A DNA stretch of 64,000 nt from Marsupella aquatica (lineage: Eukaryota > Plantae > Marchantiophyta): NCBI GenBank assembly GCA_973895155.1, contig OZ316892.1, positions 18,776,357-18,840,356 of the forward strand, read 5' to 3'. The translations under genes were made by a program, and so were the position numbers. The notes under the pieces are model-generated. The model saw only the letters and a program-made list of their open reading frames with translations, searched no databases and was not told the DNA's origin. Below are positions 46,917 to 61,305 of this stretch, piece after piece. Numbering within the stretch: position 1 is the stretch's first letter; each line of letters begins with the position of its first letter.

Positions 46917-47234
46917 TAAGGTGAGATATTTGATACCGCTCTCACACCTGTGCCTATGACTATACATGATTGGACTCTGATATGGTCATGGGTGTACATG
47001 CAGAGGCGGTACATTTGAGGACAGCTGTGGAGGTGGTGACACCCTCAAACATTTAGGAATTTTGTGTCATTCACTTGACAATAGGTACACTACTCTCAAA
47101 CCTGTTTTTTTTCTTTTGGCACAGGGTTTGTGAGAATTTATTACACGTTATGTTAACTCTTTTGGCACATACAGTCAGGGATATATGGAACACAAATACC
47201 ACCATTAGGCATCCTTGTTCACTGTTGTCCATGA

Positions 47235-50200
47235 TTGCAGAGCTTCCAGCCTGTTACAATGCACCCTGGTCACCACCCTCCCCAAACCCAGCCCAGGGCA
47301 CAGGCACTGCCTTTGCATCATCCCACAAGGATATCACGCCATGATAATAAGCTTTGGCAGCGTGAAAGGTTACGAACCAGACTTTCAGGAGCCAATAGGA
47401 TGAGATGTCCTTGTGCAATCTGCCAAGGATCCCGTACCAGGGGTCTGAATGAGGTTTGGCGGTATATCGCGATTCATGGAAGAGATCCACGACATCGAGT
47501 TTGGAATGATCTTGCAGAGGAAGATTCTTCCGACGAGGAGTGGAGGTTAGAATTTGATGCTGCCAATGCTACAAGACGGGCAAGTGAGGTTCTGCCTGGT
47601 ACATTTGACAATGTTGTAGCTGGTCTCTGTGGGTTGTCAGCTCTCCAACGGGATGGTGCTCAGGCAGCACCACGTGACAAAGGAATTCATGTGGAAGAGA
47701 TGGTGAGAGACATCTTCCAAGACTTGGATGCATTTCACGATGGGCTGGACAACAAAGAGGATACGGCTGCAGATGCAAGTGTGCCCCCTATCAAAGAGCC
47801 TCTTGATGAGTTTGAGATAGCCAGGGCAGGAAACCCCTGGGCATGATGGGATGTTTGGCTCTCCCCTACAAATACAGGAAGGCAGGAAGTCTTTGTACCC
47901 CGGTAGCAAATGTTCTAAATTGGGATTTGTCATCATGTTCCTGAACATTTGCGGCAACCACAATGTCCCCAACATTTTAGTTTCTGAGTTGTTGGCATTC
48001 TTGCGAACAACTGTGCTACCAGATGGTAATATTTTTCCCAAGAACATGTACGAGGAAAAAAGATGCATATCTAATCTTGGATTGAACTATGATTCCATCC
48101 ATGCCTGTCCTGATGGGCATGTTCTTTTCAGAAAGGAGTATAAAGAATCGTTGACATGCCCTAAGTGTGGGAAGCACAGGTATCGGAACTCAGGAAAGTC
48201 TATGGTTCCCGCCAAGGTACTTCGTCATTTTCCACTCATTCCCAGACTTCAGCGGATGTTCAGAAGCCGTGCCATCTAGGAGATGATGACTTGGGCAACT
48301 GACAAGAAAAGTGATGATGGGCTACAACGACATGCTGCAAATTCAAGGCAGTGGAAACTCATAGATGAGATGTATCCCGAATTTGGTGCTGACCCAAGGA
48401 ATGTCAGACTTGGGCTGTCATTGGATGGGGTAAACCCATTTGGAGACAAGAACAACAAATTTTCGTGTTGGCCTGTAACTATTTTGAATTATAACCTTCC
48501 TCCTTGGATGACTACAAAGCGATTTTTTGTTCTGATGGTCCTACTGATACCAGGGCCAGAAAATGCTGTATCTGCCAACATAGATGTGTTTGTGGCTCCC
48601 CTAGTGGAGGAATTGAGAAAGCTTTGGGAGGAAGGAGTTCTCACATATGATGTCCTACAGAGGCTTGGGAGGTTAAACCCATTCATCCTTAGAGCAATCG
48701 TCATTCTGACTATAGCTGAATACCCAGCCCATGGGATGATATCAGGCCAAACAACAAAAGGATATTGTGCTTGTACTATCTGTGGGCGCAATGTCACTAG
48801 TGAGTACTCCAGAGCCCTGCAGAAAGTGATATACATGGGCCATCGTCATTTTCTAAAGGCAGATCACCCTTACAGAGAAAGACAGGCACTGATTGCACAC
48901 TTTGGCAATGAGATTGAGCAATGTGGACCCCCGGCACGAGTGACCAAAGAGGAGATCAGGCAGTGGGGAGCACTGAGGGATGACTATATCAAACGAGGGG
49001 GCAGGGAAGATGGAGTGAGTGATCCAATAAAGCGATATGGTGTAAAAATACTGAGCATATTGGACTTGGAGCTCAAGTACTGGAGGGTAAGCCTCTTGGA
49101 GTTGATGCTAATTGGGATACATGTTTTGGTTCAGAGCATGTGCATTCATTTCGAAGAGAGAGACTAAACTTGAGGCATTTGCTAACGCTTTTGCATTGCA
49201 ACGGTGCAGGAGTTTGAGCCAAGCAAACATAACATTGATGTTATGCACATTGAAAAGAATATTTGTGAGAGTCTACTCAGATTCTTGTGTGGAGAGAAAG
49301 ACACTGGTTCAGTGAGATTGGATCTTGAACAGAGGGGAATGAAACCCCATCTTTGGTTGAGGCCACATGCCCACAGAGCTGATGTGCTCTTGAAGTACCA
49401 AGCGCCCTATGTTCTGACAGACACAGAGTGGGAACTATTTGTGCAGAGGTTGAGTTCTTTGAAGGTTCCTTCAAACTATGGCAGTGCTTTCAAGAAGCAT
49501 ATCATGACTAGAAAGCTTGGTAGTATGAAAAGCCATGACTACCATATGTTGATGCAACAGGTGTTGCCTTTATGCCTGAGGGGCCTGTTGCAGAAGCCTG
49601 TTCGTAATGTGATCATGCGACTCAGTGATGTGTTTTGTCGTATTTGTGTGAAGGTTTGGGATGAAACACACTTCCCACAACTGACAGAAGATGTTGCTCA
49701 GGTGCTGTGTGACCTGGAGATTTATTTTCCTCCCGCATTTTTTGATGTCATGACCCACCTACTTGTCCATGTTGTGGAAGAGCTGACAAAGAACCTGACC
49801 ATATCTATGAGAGACTTGGCACATGACTTTGTATTGCACAACACTGTGGTGATGGAACCCTGGATACAGTGAGTGCATACATGTGCTATAATCCAGTTCA
49901 TGAGCTTAAATGTTGTGTGCGTGTGGTTTTCTCCTTCAGCCTGTTCATGTTTACCCAAGCTAATGCTGTGTGGTTGTTTGTCCAGGGAGTATGAGTCATT
50001 GAAGGCGGCCCATCCCACTGCAGGAACAACTTTTCCAGGTTTCATGGAGTGGATCAGAGTGGCAATTAGAGAGCATCATGAGACCCACCCAAACATGGAT
50101 GCAAACGTTTACCTACTGTCTAATGCCCCTAGCCTGAAAGTGAAGACTTACAAACGGATGAGAGCATATGGGAATCACTTTCGAGTGAAGGATGGTGATG

Positions 50201-50755
50201 TCTAGTGCCTACAGGGTGACGAAGGACTGTGGGCTCATCACTGTATTTGAGCAACAGAGCCACAATCACGACAGGGCCTGGATGGAGATGGGATATGTGG
50301 GAGAATTAGTTGACATATGGGCTCTGGACTATGGGGCGGTGTCTAGTCCTGTGATTCTTATGAAAGGTTCATGGGTGCGGCAGGATTGGCTTGGTAACAG
50401 GGCTACCATGAAGAGAGACAACGACGGTTTCTTGCTGGCCAATTTCAGAGGGAAATTGCCCGAATGGTCTGAGCCATTTGTGTTTCCCAGTCAGGTGGAG
50501 CAAGCTTTCTTCCTGGATGTGGAAGACTCCCCAGGTTGGCGTGTAGTGTGTCATAAACAGGCCAGGCAACGTCGGATGGAAGGATCAAACCTTGAGTTTC
50601 ATTTACACTCTCATAGTGCCTTTGATCGTCGGCGTTCAGACCAAGTGCCTGTAGTTCATGATAGCGGGGACTTCATTCCTGTGACAAGGGTAGATGCATT
50701 TGCTGAAGGAGGCGAATTCAGAGATGCAGATGCCAACAGTGTGCCTGTGCCATGA
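47235..50755 (+). pseudogene. tnpD: CACTA TnpD transposase pseudogene
   Basis: RCPCAIC, HACPDG, LSLDGVNPF, DVMHIEKN, FPPAFFD, EPFVFPSQVEQAFF. Introns at ~49088-49209 and ~49869-49985; stops and frameshifts; internal deletion after VEEL relative to CACTA-1. Confidence 0.92.
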
Positions 50756-51098
50756 GTAATGTGAATTTTTTGCATGGACATTAGTGAGGGGAAGGATGTG
50801 TAATAAAGTAATTCTGAAGCAACACAGATGTATGGATGGATGCCTGGTCATTGTGGTTGCATTGTGTTATACGGGGTGACCATAGATGACATGTTTTTGT
50901 GGTCCAGTAGGATGGAACAGAGTAACACAGAGATGTGTGAGTATGAAAGGAAAGCTATGGAACAACGAGCATACGTGAAAGCCAAATCGCATAACTGGAT
51001 CTGGAAAAGGATGTGGCTGAATTGTAAGGGAACGATTCTCAACTACACCCCTCCGCTGAGTTTGTGTGACATGAATAGTTCAATGTGGCACTGAAATT

Positions 51099-54026
51099 GT
51101 GACTGTATTCATATTGGAATGTCGCAGAGCCACAACATTTTCAAAGAAACAAAAGGAGTACGCAAGAAGGGTGACCAGCACTATCTCTGGGCCTGTGCGT
51201 CGGAGTGACAGGTTGAGCAAGAAGGTCATACCTACAATGGCAGAATGTGGAGATGACATGGATGCTGCACAAGTGGGTGCAGACACTAGACAAGAAGATG
51301 CAGATGATGAGTATTTTCCAGAGGAAATGGATGAGGATGGGGGTTATGAAGATGAATACATTGCAGAGCAGCCCCAAAAGAAACAGGTAAGTAGTTTTCC
51401 CAACAAGGTTTTGAGTTAAAAACTCTTGTTTAGAGGTTTCATATGTTCAGTACTACACAACCTTGCTTAGTTCCTGACATTGTAGTTGGTGATGTGATGC
51501 AGCATCCTGCCAGTTCTGTTTTGCCTTCAAAGCCTGTGCATGCACCATACCAGTAGGGGGGGCTGACCTCTGATCAAGGTTGGCGAGGTGGTAGTAGTGG
51601 TAGATCCCAGGCTGGTGCCCAATACTATGGTAGGGGGCAAGCTCTAGGTTATGCCCATGGTAGAGGCAAAGCAGGTCCAAACCCACAGTCTCGTGGGTAT
51701 GGACGTCCACCTCAACCATGGGGATGTGAGTATATATCTATATGCCAGTTCTTTGTGAAGGCATGGCACTCCTGAATTTCAAACTGCATATCGATTTTTG
51801 ACATTGTTTGGGATGTATTGGATTCAGACAACATGAAATTCTGTCCACCTACCATTGCATGCAGATTCTGCCCAACCTGATTGGGCAAATGCTGGTAATG
51901 ATCAGTTCCAATGTCCACAAGGACAGACATGGGTTGAACCAGATTGGGAGGATGGTGGTGGGTCGTGGAATGAACAAGGTTGGGAGGGTGGTGAAGGTAA
52001 TTGGCAGGGATATCAAAATACAGTACCTACAAATGCTGGAAGAGGGGCAGGTAATGTCTGATCTTGTCAGCAATGGAAGAACTCATTATATCTGGAGTCC
52101 ATTCACGTGGGGGGGGATTCTGCACATGTATAATGATAGAAAATGTATGTGTGCAGGTTGGATAGTCGAACCATCGACTCAAGTATTCACTAATGCCCCT
52201 ATGCAGATGCAGCACAGAAGGGGGCCAGGTATGTCGGTGAATGTTCAGTTGTTTTCCTACAGTTTGTACTTAGTTTTCAGTACATCTATTTGCACACACA
52301 TACCTAGAAAGTGACATCATCCGGCCCCTATACTAGGCTAGATAGGTGGTCCAGGGTCGCAACAATTCCAGAGTGCAGTCCCTGCACAGGCATCTACAGG
52401 CAGAGCTACAGGTATGTATGTTTGAAGAATTTTTCTTGAAGTGAAGCATTGAATGTTGCTGTCATCCATTCTGCTATATGTAGTTCTCAAGCATGAATGG
52501 CATTGATTTTCCCAGGTGGCTTCAGAACCCCAGGTAAGGTGAATCAAGGGGTGGCCAATACAACGCCCAGTACTACCGAGAGCAGTGCATGAGGGGAGGT
52601 GACAAAGAAAGGGAATGTAAAGTTGAATGAGAGACAATGGGTGGATGCTGAGTGTCCTCGCAAGAACCGATGGCATGTTGATTTGAAAGCTGAAGTATTG
52701 CGTTGGTTAGATGTGAGTGTTATTAATTTTAAAAAACAGTATCCAAAAGATTGGAAGACTGTATGTGAAAATGTTGCTGGCAAATGGAATTATGTGGGCA
52801 GTGATGATGGCGTGGACATAGGTTGCCTAGAGAGTACAACAGGTAAAATCATCAAGCAAGAGATGTGGAGAATGCATAAGGCTTGGAAGGAAGGTGGGGA
52901 GAAGCTAGATATGCCTCCACCAGCCAGTTGTGATGATAAAGTGTGGGCAAGGTTAGTAGCTTATTTTGTAACAAAAGCTTCGAAAAAGAAGAGTTCATAG
53001 ATGACCGAGGCCAGGTTGAGTGTTCAGAACCCTAATCTGACAGGAAGGACCGGCACTGCACCGACAGCAAAACGTTTGGTAAGAATCAATGGCCTAGCTA
53101 TGTAATTTATGCTACACTATGTACTATTCACTTTGTTTTTTAGTGTACGTTCCCTGAATAATAATGATAACTTGTGTTTGCCATGCATGTGCAGAAAGCC
53201 CAATTGGGGCAAAGCCCTTCAAAAGAAGAGTTGAGGGCTGAAATTGTGAACACCCGGGCTCAAGAGGGTGCATCTGAATCCTCCAAGCATGTAAGTTATA
53301 TGAGTTCTGATTGGTAATTGAATGACTTGCATTGAATTTCAGGTGTACACTGTATATAACATTGATTGTGCATATATTGCCCAACATTTCATATGGAGTG
53401 ATTGAACCTATACCCCTGTGTCATGTAGGGAGGTGGATCTTCACTTATAGAGATAAGTGGTCGTTTGAAGGCTGTCGAAACATGTCTTCCAGAGATCATC
53501 AATGAACGTTTGAATTCATTGACTGACTTGTTCCATGTGAACTTCAAGACATTAATGGAAGCTGTTGTGTCGGTGAGAGATAAAATTGATTCCAATTCTG
53601 CAAGAGTTCCACCATCACCACTTGAGGTGGCAAAGTCGATGCACTCTTCTGGCATGCCAACGACATCTAGGCTTGAAGGTAAGGCCTTTACAACTGTGTG
53701 GGATATGATTATTAAACGTATAGTTTGAATTGACATTGTTTGTTGAATGTGTAATTTTCAGTGAGACTCAGGTAGAATTTTTGAGGAGTCGGATTATGAC
53801 ATTGGAATCTGTTTGGACTCTATACGATGAAGCACAAGTGTCCGGTGAAGGTGGCCAGGGACAAGAAGTTCAGCCTCCGGTTGGTGGGCAGTTGGGAGTC
53901 ATTGGTACTAGCATTTATGTGGATACTGATGACCAGGAGGAGCCTGAAGAAAATGAGCCAAACATTGAAGAAAAGCTACCTAGAACACCGGACGATGGGG
54001 AACTCAATGATATGTTGTTAGATTAG
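51099..54026 (+). pseudogene. tnpA: TnpA/ORF2-like multi-exon gene (Ptta/En/Spm-like domain)
   Basis: 52599..53080 reads W..LVAYFVT....KKSS*MTEAR..V.NP...GR.G, typical of Transposase_24-like regions, with flanking exon-like ORFs. Confidence 0.6.
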
Positions 54027-54191
54027 ATGTGTGCAATAACACTATTGAGGATTTATCAAGGCTTTCTATTAATGATTGAGAACCTTGATAAACATATCTC
54101 TATTTGAGGTTTGAAATGCAATTGGCGATACATGTATTGGATGTAGCATTCCCAACAACATTCCTACCTATCTGCACTTTTCCTACTCTAA

Positions 54192-57100
54192 CTAGTCACA
54201 ATCATCTGCATCAATGATTTCCGTGTCGAGCATTGCTGCTTGGATGATTCGCTTTGTTTGTACTGGAAGCGTGTTGTTTGAGAGCAATGCAAAATTATAT
54301 GCATAAACTGCGGTTTCTGAGAGGCACAATGTGTCCTCAAGTAACTTGTTAGAGGATGCAGCTTTTTCAGGGTAATATTGACCTTCCATAGCAGACCCTT
54401 CTCGAGAATCCATTGTATACCATACAATTTTGATGTTCTCTGGAACATCTTGTACTTTGGATAGAATATCTATGACTTTTGCCATCCAAAATGGTCTGCT
54501 GTTTGGATCCCTATATGCAGCCACACAAATCATTGCATATTTAGTGTTCACTTCAAGATCTTTGAAGTCTCCCTCGACTGCTTTCTTCTTCTTTGTTCCA
54601 TAGTACATGACTGTTGTTGCACCTGCAATTTTATCTAGCAAGGCTGGCTCTATTTGTGGGGGAAGTGCATTTCTTGGAGTCTCTACTCCAATATTTGATT
54701 TTGGCCACGTCCAATCAAAAACCCATTGTCCTGCCTTCAAGTGGTGTTTAATCACTTCTTTCTGGTTGTCAAAGAAACGGAGCCACCAAAGTTTATCCTC
54801 ATCATCAAAGTAATTGAATCCATCTTCAATTGATTTGCGATATTTCTCCAGGACTGCAACATGGTTGCAGAGAAGACGCTCGTCTCCATTGCCTCCGTCA
54901 TCATGTTCATCATTCTCCACTGTTGCTCCGGTTGTAGATTTCAATGCCATTTGTGCAGCAACCCACATGGTAGATGTGGGGATGTATCTAAGGAACTCCA
55001 CGGCTTCTCCCCAACTTTGAGTGCTAGAAAGATGCTTTGCGTGAAACAAAGTTGAAGTTCCTCCATTCTCTCCTACAACCCTCTTCATCCTAAATTGCTT
55101 TTGACCACTAATACCATGTAGAGGACACAAAACATGCCCAATACCTCCCATGTCATTGGGTTGGTCTTTATCCGACACAAACTTCTTGAAATCAGCAACC
55201 TCTTCAACAAAAATTATCTCAGCCTTTGGATTGTACGAATCCTTGAGAATGTCTGCAAGACTATCCACCCGAAAAGCTTTTCGCTTATTTAATTTTGAGG
55301 AGAACTTGCTGAACATTTGGTCAATCTGATCATGGGTATGTCCAACCAAAAGAAAACCAACTTTGATCTTTTGGAAAACCCTCATCTCAACAAGCATATT
55401 CAAATATGCCATGAGAAATTTATTTTTATTTTCTCGAGGGGTATTATCAAGTTGTAGATACAACACTGGAGGGAGTGGACCTTCCCAACTATTTAAAATA
55501 TGTTGGATCACATGCACTGTCAAGTTGGTGTCATTGTGAATGTTTGGATAATTCAAAAACACTTTTCATGTCAAATGTCCATTGAACACCAAACAACCCA
55601 CCACATGTACCGGAATAAAGTACTTCTCGTCCATGTTTTTGGGGCACCTAGTGAAATGTGGCAACTCAGTCTTTTCTTGATCCATACCATCAATGCAGAT
55701 CCCCAAATATTTTTCTGGACTCTTATAGCACTTGCTTCGGTGCTTTGCTAATTTCTCCCTCTCAACTCCTTGTGCTTTCCGATGTTGGTTCAAAAGTGTT
55801 GAATATTTTCCTGTCAAATGAACGTCAATGTTTTTGTCAATAATAACCGCATCACCAAACCAAACAAGTAAATAATGTAGTACTTAACATCGATCCTTTA
55901 CTTATTTAAAGGTAGACACAACTTACGTTTTTCTGCTTCAAGTACTGCTTTGTCGCGAAGTGCTTTGAACTTTGTGCAAGGACCGCATGTGGAGAAGCGA
56001 CTCTTTTTTGGAATACGCACCCTGGGGAACTCTTTGTTCCAAATGCGAACAAACCAAGAATATGTGATCTCGGTTTCCTTCCGCACCATAGTATCAGTCT
56101 TGAAAGCATCAAATACTTCAGCTTTCATCCAATTGTCTGGTAAGTGGAAGATGTCCTTGTTTGGAAGACTTTCAACATTTGACATGAAAAACTCATTCAA
56201 CCATTGAACTAGTGAAAGATGAGTAACCAATTTTTCCTTGCAAAATGTGTCATTTTGAATACGAGAAAATGTATTCCTTGAGATTCTCTGCAGCCGATTA
56301 TTTCCAACGGAAAATAATTTCTTGAAACCTTCTCGACAAAAAGATCTCCCGTCAACAATGTAACCGGTTGGACCACCGTGCCCACTTTTCAAACAGCCCC
56401 TTAGAAGTATGTTCTTTTCGGTCGACGATAAGCCATAATAGAAGGTCCGGTGTTTTGTCACTAAATCTAGACCAAAATTTCTCAAACACAAATTATCACA
56501 ACATGGGTACTTAAAAACTTCTTTCATTTTTTTTGTCTTTAAATTTTGATTTGTAACATTATCTTTCCTCACAAGCTTGTCTCTCACTTTCTTGCTAAGC
56601 TCCTTTTGTTTCTCCATACTGTGAAATCCATGGAGTGAATTTTCACTCTCTTGTCTCTCTACAACTTCCGGAATAGAGCCATTAGTATCTTTTGAGCTAC
56701 TATCATCTGAAGATAGAGTGGGATTTCTCGGATCACTAAAGAGATGACTATAGCTACTCTCGCCCTCATTTGTTTCCAAACATTCTGATACAACTTGTGC
56801 AATGGCTTGCGACTGTCTATTTTCCTCAACATCTTCCTCCTCACTTGACTCATCAGAAAACACTATTGGACTTCTTGGTTCTCTGTACATAATTCGGACT
56901 CCGCTAAAACTAGTGAGGCCTCGTCTAGCAACTTGAAGACGTCTAATTGGCTGTCTAGAAACACTCCTAGTTGCAGAAGTGGGTCTGGCGGTCATCAATG
57001 GTGTGTCTTGATTGTTCCCCAAACTTGTATTGTGTACACGAGCGGCTGCCATTGGTCCATTGATTGGAGAAGCATCGAATAATCGTTGTAAACATCTCCC

Positions 57101-57733
57101 CACTGCAATTTGAGATTGCGCAGATTCTGGACTTTGTAGTCCGTTGTCTTTGCTGTTGCTGGGAACCAGTTCTCTTCGACGCAATGCAGACGGCGATCCA
57201 CGTATCGTTGTGTGTATTGTACCTTGCGTTCTCACGTTTGTCCCAAGAAATATCCTTCGCTGCACCTGTGGCAAAACTGATTCCCTCAAAGGCAATGCAA
57301 ATGGCGATACACGTATCGCTATTTGCATTCGACCTTCTCTTCTCTCCTCTGGCACCTGTTGGAAACTTGAAGCGTCAATTGGAGATCCCAATCTCGTTGC
57401 CGATATGCGTATCGTCTTCTTGATTCCTTCACCATACCCAGGGATAGACGGTCTAAAATGACGTCTAGAACCGAAACCTTGGATAGAAAGCTTTTGCATC
57501 CGAGGGGAGGGAATGTTTAGGAGCCGACGTTTATCAGGTTTACTAGGTGACACATAGTAAGCCCCAGGTTCTGGTTCATAATTTCCATCAGAATCAGAGT
57601 CCGATATTTTGGGTACACTCTGTTGAGAAATTGGGAGTAATTTGCGAATATGATTTGGCAAACATCGACGACCATGAGGACCACCATTGGGGGAGGACTC
57701 AACTGAACTGGAGGGCGACCACTCTTCAGACAT
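54192..57733 (-). pseudogene. Second Sola1/DUF7869-like DDD transposase; one intron, one nonsense codon
   Basis: CCDNLC, FCREGF, HLP, FSTCGPC, CIDGMDQEKT.LP, LQLDNTPRENKN, FLLVGHTHDQIDQMFS. GT-AG intron 55926-55811; TGA at 55566. Confidence 0.85.
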
Positions 57734-58957
57734 GGCTAACGTATAACTAACTCTATACTGTTGGGCATTCCTGTCACAAAATGCTCTTACGCTCAAAAAA
57801 CTCAAATAGACGCATAACTTTGTGAAACAAAATGGTGCAAAAAACTTAGTCGACGTTGATGTATTTATAGTTTTTGGTGACCCTGAGCCACGTGGCTACT
57901 TCTAACTGGTCAGCCGCTACACGACAAAATAGCTTGGGTGATTAAAAAAGGTTCAAATTAGTGTTTTAACAACAAAATTAATGTACATGTTAAGTGTTTC
58001 CTCCGGGGTGGATGCAATTTTTATTCTATTTGGGATATTGTACTGTGGGTTGCTTTAATCAGCCATTGAGACAATTTGGTTCTAGATGCGATACAAGTAT
58101 TGCTTTTTGCATTTGGGGTGATTTTTTTCAAATTGGTCGTGTAAAAGGTGCACATATTGTGCTTTGGAGTTATGTACCATAGTTTTGCTGATTCACAATC
58201 ACTTTTCACGATGGTTAGGGGGAATGGTTACCATGATTTTGTCACTTTACTTTTTGGTTAAAAGTAGATCAACTACATTGAACTGTGTAGTAAATTTTGG
58301 GCAACTATGATGTAACTTTTCAAATTGTTGATAGTAAAGTTTTTGAAAGGAGAGGTTGAGCTACTTTTGGAGTATATTCTCAAATGATGAATGTGGTTTG
58401 CGATACGAGTATCGCTAGTTGCTTTCCTTTATGTGTTTGGGTTTGGAAGCAAAACTATTTTCCATGTGTACAAGTTGACGGAAAATAAGGATTTTCCATG
58501 TTGGAAACAAAGTTGAACGTTGTCAACAACAAACAATACATTTCGGAAGTTTAAATATATATAATGAGGTAGTCTGTGGGCATTGCTCACCCCTTCAATG
58601 AAATCCCATCTACGATACAAAAATGGAACTATTGGGATATTGCGGAATTTTGGATCGCTATTTGTGTCATTTCAACAAAATTGGCGAGAATGAAAAACAC
58701 CCTTCTCTATGTGCGGAAATACTTCTCAATTGGTCCGAAATCATGTTCTTCATGGATAGCCAATTTTGCGCTTGCACAATATGCGCATTGAATTTGTCTG
58801 GGAATGACTTGAGATCTTTGCCTTCCTCATCTCCCTTCTTTTTCCGGGAGGTGGTATCTTTCTACAAAAGGGAACCTTACAATTAGAAACAAGGATTCCA
58901 AATATGCAATGAATACAAACAATCATTCGAAGAAAGGTGACAGAATCTTACCCATGT

Positions 58958-60785
58958 CTAGAAAACAGGTACGAAATTCTTAAGCACATTGTTTGTGCAA
59001 TGCTCAGGGTACTTGGTTTTACAACCTGACCAACTCTCCTCGTGTAAACACGTGAGGAAGGCCTTCTGCACCTGCATCTGAAATTTGTGTCGAGTAAATT
59101 CGTGACCCATTTCCTGTAAAAAGAGTTCTTTAGTAAGAACTCTCTGTAACACTGGGCAAATCATATCAAGATCTTTCAAGGCGTGCATGTGTCTCCACTC
59201 TGTTAATTTCATGTCCTCATAAGGCAATTTGGCATCTCCAGACTTAGAGACTTTCTTCTTGCCCTTGTTTCCTTTTTGACCTTTGATCTCACACATCTCC
59301 CACTTGTCACAAATCTGCCTCACAAATGACCACACAGGATCTTGTCGGAATGCCAACTGAAATAGGTTATCGTTGGCATTAAGAACCTCAGCATCCTTTC
59401 GCACACCCCAATCCTTGAGATTGATTTTAGTAGCACACTCTTTCTTGAAATCCTGGTTGGACGACAATCCATTCTCCACAAATCTGATGTGAATATAATT
59501 TACTCTCTGGATTGTCGTCATTTGTTGTCGAAATTCAGAATCAATATTGTGACTCCACGCCAAGTTTCTTGCCTCTTGCACACTCAATCCCGCAAATATC
59601 CAAGATTGCACTCTCCGAAATGCCTTGTTGTTAGGGAACTGAAGAGCAAGGTCTGCTTTGGCACAGGCTGAATGGTTGCCCCCAATCACATAATAATGGT
59701 AATCAGATTTCCTTGAAAAATCAAAGTCTTGCCTAGTAGCACACTCCTTCGGATCCACCAAGAGGACAAACGGACCTGCAAGTGGATTGGCACCTACAGT
59801 CTTCATCCGCAAGGTCAATTGGGTCAAGAAATATGGTTGGATGTGTCGAACCTGGTAAATGGGCAAGCCCATAGCCTTCTCTCTCACTGGAGGGTAAAGT
59901 TGACCAATGTCAACCGTCACGGTCTCCTCTTGAACACCACATCTTCCCAGAATCTCCTAGCCTCCTGGTACAATACCCGTGCATCCATTGACATTGATTG
60001 AGCCTTTTGCTCCAAATGCGTCGGAATTTTCTCCAAAGTCTTCTTTTTTTACTTTGGAGCACTGGGCTCGGCAGGCTCAGGAGTCATAGCAGGTCGCTTC
60101 TTTGAAGAAGTACGAGTTCCAGTCGTACCTTGTGCCGACCCACCAGTCAAAGCCGTTCCCTGGGATGATATGCCAACTTGAGATCCCCATCCAGATGCTG
60201 CTGCTTCACGGGAGGTTGCAGGCGCTACCATGGTCAAAATGTCTCGGGTAAAATGCTAGGCCTGGATCCAGATGGAACACCGGAAGCCCTAGATTTGGGT
60301 GGACGACTTACCCCCTTCTCTGCCGATCTTTTCCGGAGAATCTCTCGCGATTTTTGGATTGCACTCTTTAAAGTGCTAGCGTGAAATTTGAACACAAAAC
60401 CGGAAATCTTTCCCGCGATGTCGTGGTAACGTTCCTCACTCGAAAGAGACTTGACAGTCTCAATGATGCTATCGATGTCCTCATCGAGATAGCAGGTGGC
60501 AGCCGTTCCGGAAAACCTCTCCACATCCACGACAATCAAAGTTGATGTTTCCTTCGTTGTGATCAACATGTTCACAACTTTGTCGCCCCATCGAAATACA
60601 TCAATATGGCCGTAATTGACCCACCCTAATGCCCTCGATGGAAGCCCCTCAAATACACACAACATTAGGAAGGGCTTCTTCCATGTTTCCGTCCCTAAGG
60701 AAATCGTCCAGGATGAGTTGTGGAAGTCCGTCAAAGGATGGCGCGAAAAGATGTCATCCACCAGCTCTTCCTGCGACATTGCCAT
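58958..60785 (-). pseudogene. ParB/Sulfiredoxin-like domain protein pseudogene, upstream of the Sola-like transposase
   Basis: VDIGQLYPP...YQVRHI...L..RM...GPFVLLV...YYVIGGNHSACA fits the ParB N-terminal G.H motif pattern. Frameshifts and stops link 60234..60785, 60049..60237 and 58958..59920; it probably continues below 58958. Confidence 0.55.
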
Positions 60786-61168
60786 GTTTTCGCCTGATCT
60801 TTAAAACCTAAAAACATACCACAAAATCAGTCCACTTCACTAGTACATATTAAGTTGATTTTTTATGCTCAATTTTTGCGAACAATCGGCGTCCGATTCT
60901 TTTAGCATTGGAAATTCCGATTATCACAAAATGGCAATATGCCATACTCTCGGCTTCGGATATCTTCATTTCCGATATAATTGACAATGGAACCTTTTCA
61001 ATGTGTTAAAAAATGGATCATATCCGTTAGAAAACACATCGGATCCCTCAACAAAAACTTTGATTGATATGTCCGATGTTTTTTGTAACGAAAATGATGT
61101 GTGTTACAATATTGATCGGAAAAGTTCCGTAGTTAATAAGAACGGATATTATATCCTATTGTGCTAAC

Positions 61169-61305
61169 ATGGCAAAGTCCGATGTTGGGAGAATGGGAAA
61201 GTCCGATGCTGGGAGTATGGGAAAGTCCGATGCTAGAAGAATGGGAAAGTCTGATGCTAGAAGAATGGGAAAGTCCGATGCTGGGAGCATGGGAAAGTCT
61301 GGTTG
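61169..61305. repeat. 24-bp tandem repeat (~5.5 copies)
   Basis: ATGGGAAAGTC(C/T)GATGCT(GGGAGY/AGAAGA) units. Confidence 0.9.

Larger units (their letters stand above)
42989..54026 (+). mobile_element. Second, diverged and decayed CACTA element (CACTA-2); termini not located
   Basis: Same gene order as CACTA-1 (PHD, BRCT, F-box, tnpD, tnpA) and the same tnpD intron positions. No TIR or TSD found, so coordinates span the coding content only. Confidence 0.75.
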
